Assembly (NCBI RefSeq): GCF_018977255.1
Contig: NW_024704742.1
Coordinates: 118,422,001 to 118,486,000, forward strand
Origin: Callorhinchus milii
Taxonomy: Eukaryota
Length of the DNA: 64,000 bases
Direction: 5' to 3'
Shown here in pieces: positions 49,310-62,090 of the stretch. The position numbers were made by a program, and so were the translations under genes. Position 1 is the first letter of the stretch. The number at the start of each line of letters is the position of its first letter. Under the pieces are notes generated by a model. The model searched no databases and had not been told where the DNA came from. It was given only the letters and a program-made list of their open reading frames with translations.

Positions 49310-52300
49310 TACTAGAATTAGGTAGGCCCATTAGAGGAGCTAGCACCAAAAGGCTGTGCCATACATTTTTATGATTCTATGATATTTTTTCAGTCAAATT
49401 AGCAAATGTCAATAAATACAAGAAAGAAACAATTCAACTTCATTTAGACAGGGTCATTTCCCAATTTAGAGATTTTTTTTAAAAAGGAAAAAATTATATA
49501 ATCCTCTCTCTCCATCTCTAAAATGCTGCTTATTTAAAACCCATGAACTTGGTTTTATAATAATAAATCCTTGCCTTTGATATGACGCCTTTCACATCAG
49601 GGGGCCGTCACTATTAAAACCATTATAAATTTGTTAAGATGCATTTTGAAAATATTCTAATGGATGAAAAATATTTGTCACATCAAATCTGTTACAAACA
49701 ATTCAGTCAATAATTAGTGACTGGAACATCCTCTGTTGTTGGCACAAAGATTTGGCTCACTGCCAGACAAAGCCTTTGATCACCACCATCTTGTTTCCTT
49801 GAGCAGCCATTACCAGTTGTCAGCATTAACATGTCCCAAGTTTTTATTATCTACTTTTATCTCTTTATAAGCATTCTGCTTGAGATTGCAAGTGAGCTAT
49901 GTTAAACTTAGTAATGTACAACAACCATGAAAATAAGTCCATTACATAAACATTCCTGGAAAATCTCCATAACCTGACAAGATTATTTAATAGTTCATGC
50001 AAGTGCTCAGGCAATAGTAATTAAGAACAGTATCTTTTCTATGCAACCCTACAGAACATGTTATATGTAGTCATAAAGAAGATAGGGTATTATATATAAT
50101 ATCCTAAGCACATGATGACACAGAATAATTGCTGCAAGACATGTGGCTGCAGGCCAGGAGACTCAAAGTCTGTAATCTATTTACAAGATCACAAGAGAGG
50201 TTTGGATGAAGAGCTCCCTTTAGCCCATTTGATTTCACTCTTCCAGAATGCCCAGTCCTGTCCTCCATCCACATCATCAAGCCGTTTTTTTTAAATGAGT
50301 TCAGCTGTCCTCGATCACCCTTCTGAAATATGTCATGGTGTGTGACATGAAATTGTTCTTTGCGACCCAAAACCTGTGACCTCTTGTCCTGTTGGCTCAC
50401 TGCATACAAAAGTGTTCTGGGTTTACTTTCTCAATCCCATTTAAAATGTTATATACCTGCTTTTTTTTGAAAATTTCCTGTTGGAACCTCGCTAAAGGTG
50501 ACTGACCTGCCTAATGTTATCTGTCAGTGCTGTACACATCTCCTGCCTTGTCTCTCTAACTACGTGGGGCTACAGTTCATTGTTTCAGGGGATTTGTTTG
50601 TTTTCAGCCCATTGAACATATCTGGAACCTCGCCTCACTTGTGTCAAAGTGCTGAAGCTCAAACAATGCTTTTGCTGGATGTTGGGGGTATGGTTTTAGT
50701 GCCCTTCCTCATAAGAAAGGAAGTTGTCATTTAATATGTTGATGATCTCCTGCTTCATTCTCTTTTACAATTCTGTTTGAATCCCTTACGGTTTTAACAT
50801 CTTACCCGACTACCCTTTTACTGTTATAATATTGAAAGCATATGGTGTTTTACATTTACTGTTATGCCCCTTTCCACTTCTCTCTTAGCTTCCCTAATCG
50901 AGTTTTTAGGTCCTCCTGCACAGAGCTGTATTCAGCCCAAAAATCTCACAGTATGTTATATTGTTCTTCTTGCAAACAATATCAATATTCTACTCATGAA
51001 GTAGTTCATTCAATATCTGTACTCATGAGAGTCAATCCGGATCGATTTTAACGTTCTCATCCTCACCTACAAATGCGTCTATGTCCTTAGCCCATCCTAC
51101 CTGTCCTACAGCCCTACTTACTTTAGCCACTCCCTCTGCTCTGCCAACTCTCACTCACTCTGTCCACCATTGTGGCTGTGGTTTCAAACAATGATTATAT
51201 TACTATAGCCCAAGTCTATGGAACTCTCAGTTTCAATCGCTCTATCTTGCCTCCTCCGTCCCTGTCTTCAGCTCACACCTGAAGACCTTTTGTACTATTT
51301 AACTGTGCCTACGGTCATCTCCCCACTCTTCCTGGCTCAGCGTCAAGCTCCGTCATGGCTAAGTGCTCTGAGATTGCCAGTACATAAATTCAAGTTGTTG
51401 GTTTCCATGACCCTCTCTCTACTCAGCCTGGCTGAGTATCAACCTGGCTCAGTTGCTAGCACTTTCACCTCTGAGTCAGAAGGTTGTGAGTTCAAGTCCC
51501 ATGTTAGACTAGGAACTCATATACACTAGGGTGATGCTTCAATGTCGTTCTGGAGTGTGCTACATTGTTGGAGGTGCTGTCCTTCAGAGAAGAACTTAAA
51601 CTGAGGCCATTTTGTCTGTTCATGTGGACTTTAAGAACTCATGGCAGTATTTGAAAAGCAAAGGAATTTTTTGCTGTTTTCCTGGCCAACAATCCGCCAA
51701 ATAAAATTGGACATTCACTTCATGGCCGTTTGTAGGACATTGCTGAGTGCAAATTGGCTGCCATATTTGCCTACAAAAATACAGTCTTTACAATAAATCT
51801 TATGAAGTGCAATGAGACACCCTCCTGATGTTAAAGGTATGATATTAAATGAAAAGATTATAAAGATTATTATTACCAAACCTCCATTTCACTTCCAACT
51901 CGGGCTCCACTCCATCTTTGTAAAGTACTTAAAGATGTTCTCCCTATGTGAAAGCAGTATATAAGTGTAGCTAAAATACTGCATAGGTAAAGTATTAATA
52001 CAATTGAAGTAGTATATCCTATCAAGGTTTGTTTTCACTGCTGTTTCAGTAATATATTTGGTATCAGAGCTGCAATATAAATGAAGCAGTACTGTTGCCT
52101 CTGGAGGCACTTATTACCATGTTCCAAAGTCTATCCTTATTCTTCCTCTGAGGTGCAGGATCTCTGTTGCTGCTGAGTGTGATGGCTGCTATGAGTTTTT
52201 TGGCCAACAGCAAGCTGATATTGATATTGCTCCTGCTAATGGACTATCTCCAGAGATCTGAGAAGGCCAGCAGCCAGAAGAAACATGTGGTAACTTATAA

Positions 52301-52667
52301 ACAACTGTGAATACATAAATGAAGTGGTGCTGTTACTGTCTGAGGCATTTACAAAACTCATTCTGTTCTGGTGCAACAGCACTTGGTACAGCCAGGTACA
52401 TGGTTTCACTTCATTGCTCTCCATTGTTTTCTGTCTGGGGCAGGCAAGCTGTCAGCCAGCTGTAAAATGGTTACGTCATGGCTTTGGTCAGTAAGGAATA
52501 ATAATAATAATCCTTGCATTTGATAATGCGCTTTATCACGTCTTGGCGACGTTTCAAAGCGCTTCACAGAATATACTGTAAACAGAATTGATGTATATTT
52601 TATGGGCGAAATGCGGCAGCCAATTGGGCACAGCAGTCATGGATTGAGTGCCCAAATTATTAGTGGC

Positions 52668-52684
52668 AGACGCCACCTAGTGGT
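52668..52684 (-). promoter_or_regulatory. CTCF-like motif
   Basis: Minus strand reads CCACTAGGTGGCG, matching the CTCF core consensus; next to a hAT-type TIR cagggctctccaacc (52695-52709, minus). Confidence 0.45.
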
Positions 52685-55600
52685 GATTGACCGGGGTTGG
52701 AGAGCCCTGAGTTAGGTTATCTCATAAGCCCAAAGTTGGACGGCCTCAGGTCTGAGTAGTCCTATCTGGGAAATCATCTACCTTTGCCTCTGTGCACTTA
52801 ATATCTTTCATTCCTACAACAACAACAACAACAACAACAGTAAAGTTACATTTGGAAAGTGCCTTTCACATCAGGAGGATGTTCCAAGACGCTGAACAGT
52901 CAGGACCCGAGCATGGGGGGCAGGGTTGGGATGAAAGAGGGCAGAGGGGGAAGGAGGCGGCTGAAGGCATGATCAAAAAAGTGGGTCTTGAGTCGTGCCT
53001 TGAAGGAGGCAAGTGAGGGAGCAAGGCAAAGGGATTGTGGGATGGAGTTCCAAAGAGTGGGTTCATAGGGCAGGGCGGGCAGGAGACCTGGAACAAACAG
53101 GTTGATAGGGGGTCAGCAGGTCAGCGATGTAGGAGGGGACATCCTAAGCCTTATTAGGCATTCCTTATTAGCTGTGCAAAATAAATGTTTAGCTCTTTTC
53201 ATGCCTATCCCATTTTCTTGTTTGCTTCAAATACATTTATTTCACGAAGAGTCCTGCAAACTGAGGCCTGAAATTCTAGTGTTAAGAGGAGAACTTGGAC
53301 ATTTTTATTGCATGGAGCCTGATGCAAGTCTTTTCCGAGGAATTCATTTAAATGTAGCTAAACAATCGTAGCTAAAGTTACAAATGGGGATGGAGCGGCT
53401 GCTGTGCCCCATTGGTAACTTTAAAACCTATTAAATCATGAAAAAGCTATTAAATCATGTACAAGTGGCTGAACAACCTAATTAATAATAATCCTTGCAT
53501 AACAAAAGCAGGGAGACTGGGAATGGAGCCATTGGCAGACAAATTGTTTTGCTGTAAGAGATGTGTGCTGATCTGAATGCTCGGTTTCTATATTATTATA
53601 GCCCTCACAGGCTTTGTAAGCCTGGCTCAGTTGGTAGTTTGAGGCACTCTTGCCTTTGAGTGACAAGGTTGTGGGTTTCAAGGCCGTTGTCAGGATTTGA
53701 AACTCACATAATCTATGCTGATACTCCAATGCAGTGAAGGGTGGGGGTGGGGGGGAGATTGTATGTTGGAGGTGTCCTCCTTCAAACAAGCTTTTAAACC
53801 AAGAACTCCTCTGTCTGTCCAAGTGGACATTAATGATCCCATGGGACAATTCGAAAAAGGAAGAGAGTTTCTCCTGGTGTCCTGGCCAACAATCCCCCAA
53901 TTGGTCACTCACTACATGTTCAACATTTGCTGCAAAAGGCCATGTCAACCTAAGTATGAATTTCATGTCAACACAGAAATTCACATTGCAGGTTATTTGG
54001 AAAAGGTTAAATCAGTATCATTTCATAACCATTCATACAGGAGCAAAAATTACCATATTGAATGGTTATGAAACACCACTCTTCCCCCCCCCCCCCCCCC
54101 CCACTGTCTCCAGAGTTCAAGACCACGTACTTTATTTAATCATTGGAAAGTGGGAATTGTCTGGAATATCTGTAAAAATGACATAGCCTGGAGAAGACCA
54201 CACCACAAAAATATGCCATTAGTTGGTGCAGCGTTTTATTTTCACAAAGTGCTTAAGGAGGTCCTGTTGATTTTTCATGAGTAGTTTCTCTCACTTTCAT
54301 TTTCCCTGCATCGCCCATCACTCCAATCCTTGCAACGCTCATCTGGCTTCTTCTCTCTGAAAGGATCAATGTCTAGATCCTCATTCTAACTACTATATAT
54401 TAATTGTCTAATATCCCAGAGGCAATTCTGAAGCCTATGTGATATGAGTCACCATGCCACAAATTACTTATTTCAGCAGGAACTAATACCATATATTCAT
54501 AAGAACATATTGTGCTCCCAAATCCCAGAAGGTCAAATGTTATGTATAAAAACACTGTGGACATTTTACTTATCTGAGAGGTCTCAAGGTGTCGTGAAAG
54601 ACATGAGGAATGTTTCATGTTTTCTCAAATCTAACAATTCTGTCTATGTTATACAGAAGATTTCACTTTGATTCATGCCATCTAACCTTACCCGCAAGTT
54701 TAGATTATCTGGAATTTATTGGTAGAAAAATGACAAAGCTGCATGGCCCTGTCAGCAAGCAGCCTCAAGAGCCTTGGACATATTCTGCTTTTCTGCCTGC
54801 AGACGGGAGTGTTGTGTCTAGCTGTGACAAGTTAATGCATTTACCAAATGAATTGTGTTCAAGCTAGTGAGCACTGAAGGCCAACGGTCCATCACACAAT
54901 TTGCTGAAAAGAAACACCTACCATTTTCTTCAAGCGCTCATTCTGTGTTAAAGCAAAGCAATCCTTTCAAAATGAAACACAATGAACTCCAAACTATTTG
55001 TAATGGCGCTGTATACCACCACCGATTATAAAGCACTGTTTAATTCTTAAAAGAACTTACAAACATCTGCCTTCAAAGTTAAGGCTGTATTTAAGAATTT
55101 AAGAATTCAGAATGTATCTAAATGCTACATTAAATAGAATAAATCTAGACCCCAATGTAATTTCTTCCCAAGTATTACAGAGCAATTCCATCCGTATATG
55201 GAAACAAGCACCCGTTTATTGTTTGAAAACTGCATTAATTAGCCTTAGGTCTTGCTGGTTGAATTGTTGGACAAATGACTAATTCACATCAGGGAATACC
55301 ACAATAACTTCCATCCTGCAAAATTTCAAACATTCTTTCTCAAATTTCTAAGCCTATTTTCAGAATAAGGAATTTCAGCCCTGTGAACAGAGAGCTTCAT
55401 GAGCACTAATGCATTTGGGTCAGAAGGTTGTGAGATAAATCCTGCAAAGGGGACTTTGAGCTCACACTGACACTCCAGTGCAGTTCTGTGCTGGTAATCT
55501 GAGTGCCTGTTAATGTAGATGTTAAACAACCCATGACACTATTTGAAAAGAATAGGAAGTTTCTCCTGATGTCCTGTCCAACAAATCCTCCGGTTAAATT

Positions 55601-55916
55601 GATTATTTACCTCCTGGCTGCATGTACATTCGCAGCTGCCATTTCCTAGAATCACAACTTTGCAGGAAAACTCTTTCAGACGTTTTTACATGATAAGATG
55701 CTATATTCAATGAAAGATTTATTATTATTGAGAAATGTAATAAGACTAAGACAGAAAATAAAATGAAAAGTAGTTGCTTCCTGGAAATATAGCTTACTCT
55801 TTAGAGTGACTTGATATCAAACTTGATGAAGTGAACAATTTTCACTAAAACGCTATTCAAAATGCAATGTGGTACAGTTTAATCTACCATTAAATCTTAT
55901 TTTCAACACATGGGTG

Positions 55917-56740
55917 TCAGGCTGGCTCAGTTGGTAGCACTCTGGTCTCTGAATCAGAAGGTTGTGAGATCAAGCCCCACGTCGGGACTTAGAGCTCATA
56001 TAGTCTAATGCAACGCTGGGGGTGTGCTGCGATGCCTTTGTTTGGATGAGACGTTAAACTGATGTCCCGTCTGCCTGTTCGGGTGGACGTTAAAGATTCC
56101 ATGGCATTATTTGAAGGTAGTGCAGTTGATGTTGTATATATGGATTTTCAAAAAGCTTTTGATAAAGTGGCACATAATAGACTAATAAAATTGAAGCTGA
56201 CAGTATTAAAGTGAGAGTGGCAGCATGGATACCGAACTGGCTGGGAGACAGAAAACAGAGAGTGATGGTGAACGGTTATTTCTCAGACTGGAGTATAGAT
56301 TGGTGTCCCCCAAACGTTGGTAATCTATATAAATGGCCTGGATTTGGGTATAGGAAAGTACAATTTCCAAGTTTGCAGATGATGCTAAGCTAGGAAAAGT
56401 AGTGAACAGTGAGGAGGATAGCAGCAGACGGCAAATGGACATAGACAGACTGGTAAAATGGGCAGACACGAGGCAGATGAAAGTTAATGTGGAGAAATGC
56501 AAAGTGATGCATTTTGGGAGGAAGAATGAGGAAAGAATTTCTCCTAGTTTTCTGGCCAACAATTCACCAAATAAATGGGACTTTCTGCTGGTTGTTTGTG
56601 GGAAATTGCTGAGTTCAAATTCCCCCCGTTCACGCATAAAACACACAGTCACTCCACTTTACAGTGTATCCTGTGAAGTGTTTGGGATGTCCTCCTTCGA
56701 CATGAAAGGTTCTAAACTGAATGTAAGGATCAATATTATT
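55917..56740 (+). mobile_element. Deu-domain SINE (SacSINE/AmnSINE-like), split by a CR1 fragment
   Basis: tRNA-like head ggctcagttggtagcact, Deu core ggatgagacgttaaac...gtggacgttaaagattccatggca, tctggccaac, L2-type tail. Confidence 0.8.
56112..56533 (+). mobile_element. Internal CR1 RT fragment embedded in a Deu-domain SINE
   Basis: VDVVYMDFQKAFDKV..., SKFADDAKLG; similar to 47611-47905; SINE sequence resumes on both sides. Confidence 0.85.
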
Positions 56741-59700
56741 ATTAAAAAAGAGAATGTGCTATCAGCTGCTTGGTGTAAAAGTCCTTCAGTTTCATGTGTT
56801 AACTTTGAACAAACTACTTTATAATCCATTATAGAGATGAGCTGCAATCTCATGGACTCTCATCACTTTTATTAAACATAGTAACACTGTAACATATTTA
56901 ATAGCGTGTAAGTATTGCTCCTGATTACAAAAGGAGAGGTTATCTCTCTTGTTTGTGGAACAACAGTATCTACAGTGCTGGTTAGAATGTGGAATTATTT
57001 ACCATAAACCATTGCTGGGTGGAATCCATTAATTTTTTAAAAATGGTATTAGATAAATGCTTGACAAAGAATATGAGGAGCGAGCAGGAGAGTTTGTGTA
57101 GACCAGTTCCCTTCGGCAAAGACATATGCACCCATACTTTTTTTTACTTACCAGCACAGAATTATGAAAGGCATTCTAACAAGCTAACTAATCTTGGATC
57201 TCCTTTATTGCTCTCTGCAGGATACTGTTCTGTTGCCCTCTTGATGCCTCTGATTTTTGTTTTAGTTAACATCAAATGCCTTTTACTACCTTTATTTTTC
57301 ACTCATTCTTGCTACCATATTTCTTTTAAATATTTCTGTTTCATCTTTAGACTGGTTTTGATTTCTTTATTCACTGAGTGGTATTTTATTCCTCCTGGGA
57401 ACGCGTAGTATTAACTTTCCACCTCCCTTAAAATAATTTGACAAAAAATCAACTTTGCTTCTAGCGTTTACATTTAGTTTCCTAGTCAATGCTTCCTACA
57501 TCTCTTCTCAGTTTGCAGTGTATTCCTGCAGGTACCAGCCTCTATGATAGTATTTTGGATTTTAGCCTTTACTATAGAATTAAATCTATCTATATAATAA
57601 TCACTGGAGCTCCAGTTGTTCATGCAGGTTACTGATCCAGTTCTGCCGTTCTGTTGAACAAAAATTGTAAATAAGCTCTCCCTCACATCTGCTAAAATCA
57701 GTCAGTTTACAGCTATTTCTCAATAAATATATCCCTGCTTTCTAGTTATCCTTGGTCTCACCACATTGCTGTGGGAAATTCAAATCCCTTATGATTATCA
57801 AGTTATGATATCCTACAGCCTTTCTTACTTGTCTAAAGAACACTTACCTACTTGATCACCTTGAACTGAGGGTCAATAGACATTGCCAATTTCTATATTG
57901 CTGTCCTCATTGAGGGGAAAATTGTGCCCTGTGATGAAAGACAGACAGGCGAGTAGGCAGGCAGGCAGTTTGATTTATGTGTGTTACACCATCTGCCTGT
58001 ATCTTCAGTACTGAACTCCATTCCTGTTAAGAATTTTATTTATGTAATTCACTTTCTGACCTCATTTGAGAACTACTCTGTCTATTGTCGCCAGCTGATG
58101 GAAAACTAAACGTTGAGGTCCAAAAATATTTTCAACATACTTTCTCCAGTACTTTTCCAGATTACTGGACCAAGATCAATCTTCTTAGGAATCTTTTCAT
58201 CCTGACCTAAAACTCACTGTCCCAGACAGCAAGAAAAGTGTTTTCTTCTTTTGTGTTTATGTCGATGTCAATGGTTTTCACTTGCATCCTCACTCAACTT
58301 CAGTCCGCCCATCCCCCAAAGGATTCAATTCAAAATACAGGTTCTCACTTTCAAATCCCTTTACAGCATCATCCAACACTATGTGTGTGGCCTGTCTAAA
58401 GCTTTCAGTTATTTTGTCCCCGCTCTCTGGAAACTTCATGCCAGAATTCCTCTGCTGTCTCCCCTTCCTCTTCACCTTCAAGACCAACATAAACACCTGT
58501 CACTTTGACTGCACCTTCGGCCTCCCTCTCAGCTCCGTCTCACCCCCCCCCCCCCCCCCCACCTCCCGCCGCCGAACTCAGGCTCCCAGACAACTGCGTG
58601 AAGCAACTTCAGACATCCTCCCGATGTGAGTTTCCACCTTTTAGCCATTTTTGTTATTTTAGCTCAGCTTTACAATCTTTGTTTTTTCTACCCAATTTCC
58701 TTTCCGTTGAGCTTCCACTGTTGAATGTCACTCCCTCCCCTCCCCCCACTCCCCCTTCTCTCATTCCCTTTCTCCCAACCCCAGATTCATTTTTTTCCTC
58801 TTTTTAATTTGATGGTGAACTGTTTTCTAAACACATCCTTGCTTTTGGTTTCATGCCGAGACAGCTCGAAGCACTTCACACAGAATTACTATCAAGTTTT
58901 AGAGATAGCATATTTCTAGGCTGCCAATTTACACACAGCAAAATCTAACCAACAGCCTTTGATGTGAGTGACCATTAATTCTGGAAGATTGTTGGCCAGG
59001 ATGCTAACAAGAACAAACTCCCTTCTCTTCTTTGGAGAAGTTTGCCAAACCTTTAACATCTACCTAAAAAGGCAGAAAGGACCTCAGTTTAATGTCTAAT
59101 CTGAAGGATAGTACCTCCAGCAATCTGGCTCCCTCCCAGTGCACTATTGTAAAACTTTCTGATCCATATACGAAAGTACTACCAACTGAGCCAAGTTAAC
59201 ACAACTTGAAGCACATGATGTACTTTAATCATATGGCAATTACTTCGGGCCAGATTGACAGTGGTTGCAACTGCACTACTGTTTAATGGAGGCGGCATGA
59301 TTACATTTGACTGTGGTTTGCTAGGTTAAAACAGAACACTTTCTTAAAGTATTCTGGATCAATATTTGTAGACAAGATATGAAACGAGAGGAAAATATAT
59401 GAATGCAGAGAAATGATGATTGGGTAAAAACACAATGTTTCACACTATCACTGCTGAGGCTGGCTCTTGGATAAATAATTAAATAAAATTAATATCAAAC
59501 TGTATGGACAAAGAGTGGAAGGATGGGATTGAGTGCAATGATGAGACAAGCACCGGCACAATGGACCCAATGGCTTCTTTTTGTGCTGTAAACATTTTAT
59601 GATTTTGTGATTTGCTTCTATTTTTGGTTTAACATTGCTTCTCTTTATTCCTATTTTTCGCTTCTCTCTTTTCATTCACTTACTCAGCTTGTTGGTTTGG

Positions 59701-60254
59701 TGAGTGACTCTTGGCTGTTAGTCTAAAAGAGCATATCACAGGACAGCATTGTCATTGTACATTGCTCCCTTAAGGTCACAAGCTCCAATTTTTGATACCC
59801 ATCTGCCATCATCTGGTGGCAGGAATAGAGTACTACAACACATACAGTCTATAAATGTACTATCAATGCTATTTATAGTTAAAGACAAGTTTAGATCACA
59901 ATTTTCAGTAATTATGATATAAAATTGTACTGATTTTTTGAGAATCACACTACCGAAGGACAAGGTGTTGTTATTGTTACACAACCACGTAAATCCATCA
60001 TTATAATATCAAACAAATCGTTCATGTTGTGGCCAATGTTGTGAAAGAATTTGTGAACAACAATGCAGTAAATTTTCCACTAAACTTTTGGTTGCAGGTT
60101 ACACCCATCTTTTTATAAAAAAAATTCACATCATACCATCAAACAGATTATTTTCTATTTTTAAACCAACCAGGGAGGAGAGAAGGAGAGAGAACAACTT
60201 AATGATGTACCTCAGCCAAATTGGTTGGAAACTTGACATACAACAATGACCTCA

Positions 60255-60900
60255 AAATTACATTTGTAAAGCGCCTTTCATGTTGGGAGGCCGTCCTAAG
60301 GGGCTGAACAATCAGGGATCAGGACCCAAGCGTGTGGGGGTGGTGGGGGGACAGGGTTAGGATGAGGGAGAGCAGAGGGGATAGGAAGGCGGGCTAAAGG
60401 CATGGTCGAAAGGAGGCTCTGAGTTGTGCCTTGAAGGAGCCAAGGGAGGGAGCAAGGCGAAGGGATTGTGCAGTGGAGTTCCAAAGGGTGAGTGGCTGAA
60501 AGCCCGGCCACCGATGGTAGGGTGGGTCGGGCGGGAGCAGGCCAGAGCCTGCTGAACGGAGGGAGCAGACAGGTTGATAGGGGGTCAGCAGGTCAGAGAT
60601 GTAGGAGGGAGCAAGGCCCTGGAGGGCCTTGAAAATGAGGATGAGGATGTTGAATTCTATGCTCTGAGGGATGGGGAGCCAGTGGAACCGGCGAAGGTGG
60701 GGTTGAAGGGGTCACGGAGCCTGCGGGAGAGGACACAAGCTGCAGAGTTCTGGATGATCTGTAGCTTGTGGAGGGAAGAGTTGGGGAGGTCGACAAAGAG
60801 GGAGTTTCCGTAGTCAAGCCTTGAGGTGACGAATGCGTGTCTGAGGGTTTCGGTGGGGGATGAGGCAGAGTCAGGCAATGTTGCAGAGGTGGGGGAAAGC
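60255..60900 (-). mobile_element. L2 LINE 3' fragment
   Basis: HAFVTSRLDYGNSLFVDLPNSSLHKLQIIQNSAACVL is typical L2 ORF2; tail shared with the SINEs; related pieces 2960-3204(+), 7218-7660(-), 12706-12930(-), 17560-17720(-), 36960-37135(+), 42085-42390(-), 45115-45390(-), 52815-53150(-), 58270-58630(+), 63748-64000(-). Confidence 0.85.
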
Positions 60901-61891
60901 AGACCAGGTCATGGCACGGATATGGGGGAGAAAGGACAGTTGAGGACATAAAGCAGGATATGGAACTAGCAGAATAATGAGTGAAGACTATGTCACTGAG
61001 CAACATTTTGAAATTTACTTTTTTTGATATGAATGGGGATTTTTGAACATTCCTTACACAACGGTAAACTCATGACAAATTACACGCTGCTTTGGGAGCC
61101 CGGAGAGAGGTGGTCTTTTGATTCTGCTGCTAAATCTCAGTACATTTTGCAAAACACAATTTGGAAACGTTTCTATAGCCTTCAACCTGGAAAATACAGT
61201 GTGCTTTTTTTTAGATTGAAGGTTTGAAATATTAGAAGAAACAAAACTTAGTTTCTCTGTTTTCCTTCACAATACTACTGGGCCCCATATTAAAAGCACA
61301 CCTTGGAAATAGGGAGGAGACAATCTATAAATATCACAACAGCTGCAAAGAACATATTACAAATAGTTTGCTATTGCTATAGCAACAATATACTTGCCAT
61401 CAGCAAACTAGCTAGCAACGTTTGTTTGAGACTTCTTCTCCACACCCCCAAACAAAAATAAAGTGAGGACTAGGTAAAATAACACTGGTGATGGTGTGTG
61501 TTGGTGCAAGTGTTTGTGCTTTTGGTATAACAGTCTTTGCACTTCTCTCAGATGTAGAAGTGAGACACCTAGTTTTTGATTCTAGCAGAACTGTTAAGGG
61601 AGACACTAAATGCGGGAATAGTGTTTTCCCAGGATAGTCAGCCCACTGTTGAACACCTCCTTGCAGCCAATGGCAACAATCACAGAAGGGGGACTAGGAA
61701 CAAGTCCATGTATGTGTATGTTGTGAGGAGGAAAACCTAAGGAGGTGAGTGAAAACAACTTTCAAATAGCGTGGTTAAAGAAATAAGTAGGAAGAAACAT
61801 TCAGTTTGGGTTTCCTTACCAAGAACAATCTACCAACAATTGCATTTACATGGCAGTGGGCTCAAAAGTAAGTCTCTCCTCCTTATAAATA

Positions 61892-62090
61892 CTGGGCTAG
61901 AAATTTCACCTCGATCTAGATTTACTCTATTTATTTGGCAACTCAAAACATTCCAGAATTTAGCAAATTCTTGAATACAGTCTTAATGTTGAAGCCATTT
62001 TTCTGTATAGAATTCAACAATTTGCCAAATTGTAAACCGAAAAAGTATGTTAATAGAGTAAATCTGCACTCAAGTGGAATTTCTCTCCAG
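61892..62090. mobile_element. Palindromic MITE with about 40 bp terminal inverted repeats
   Basis: Left ctgggctagaaatttcacctcgatctagatttactctatt versus reverse complement of right ctggagagaaattccacttgagtgcagatttactctatt. Confidence 0.75.
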
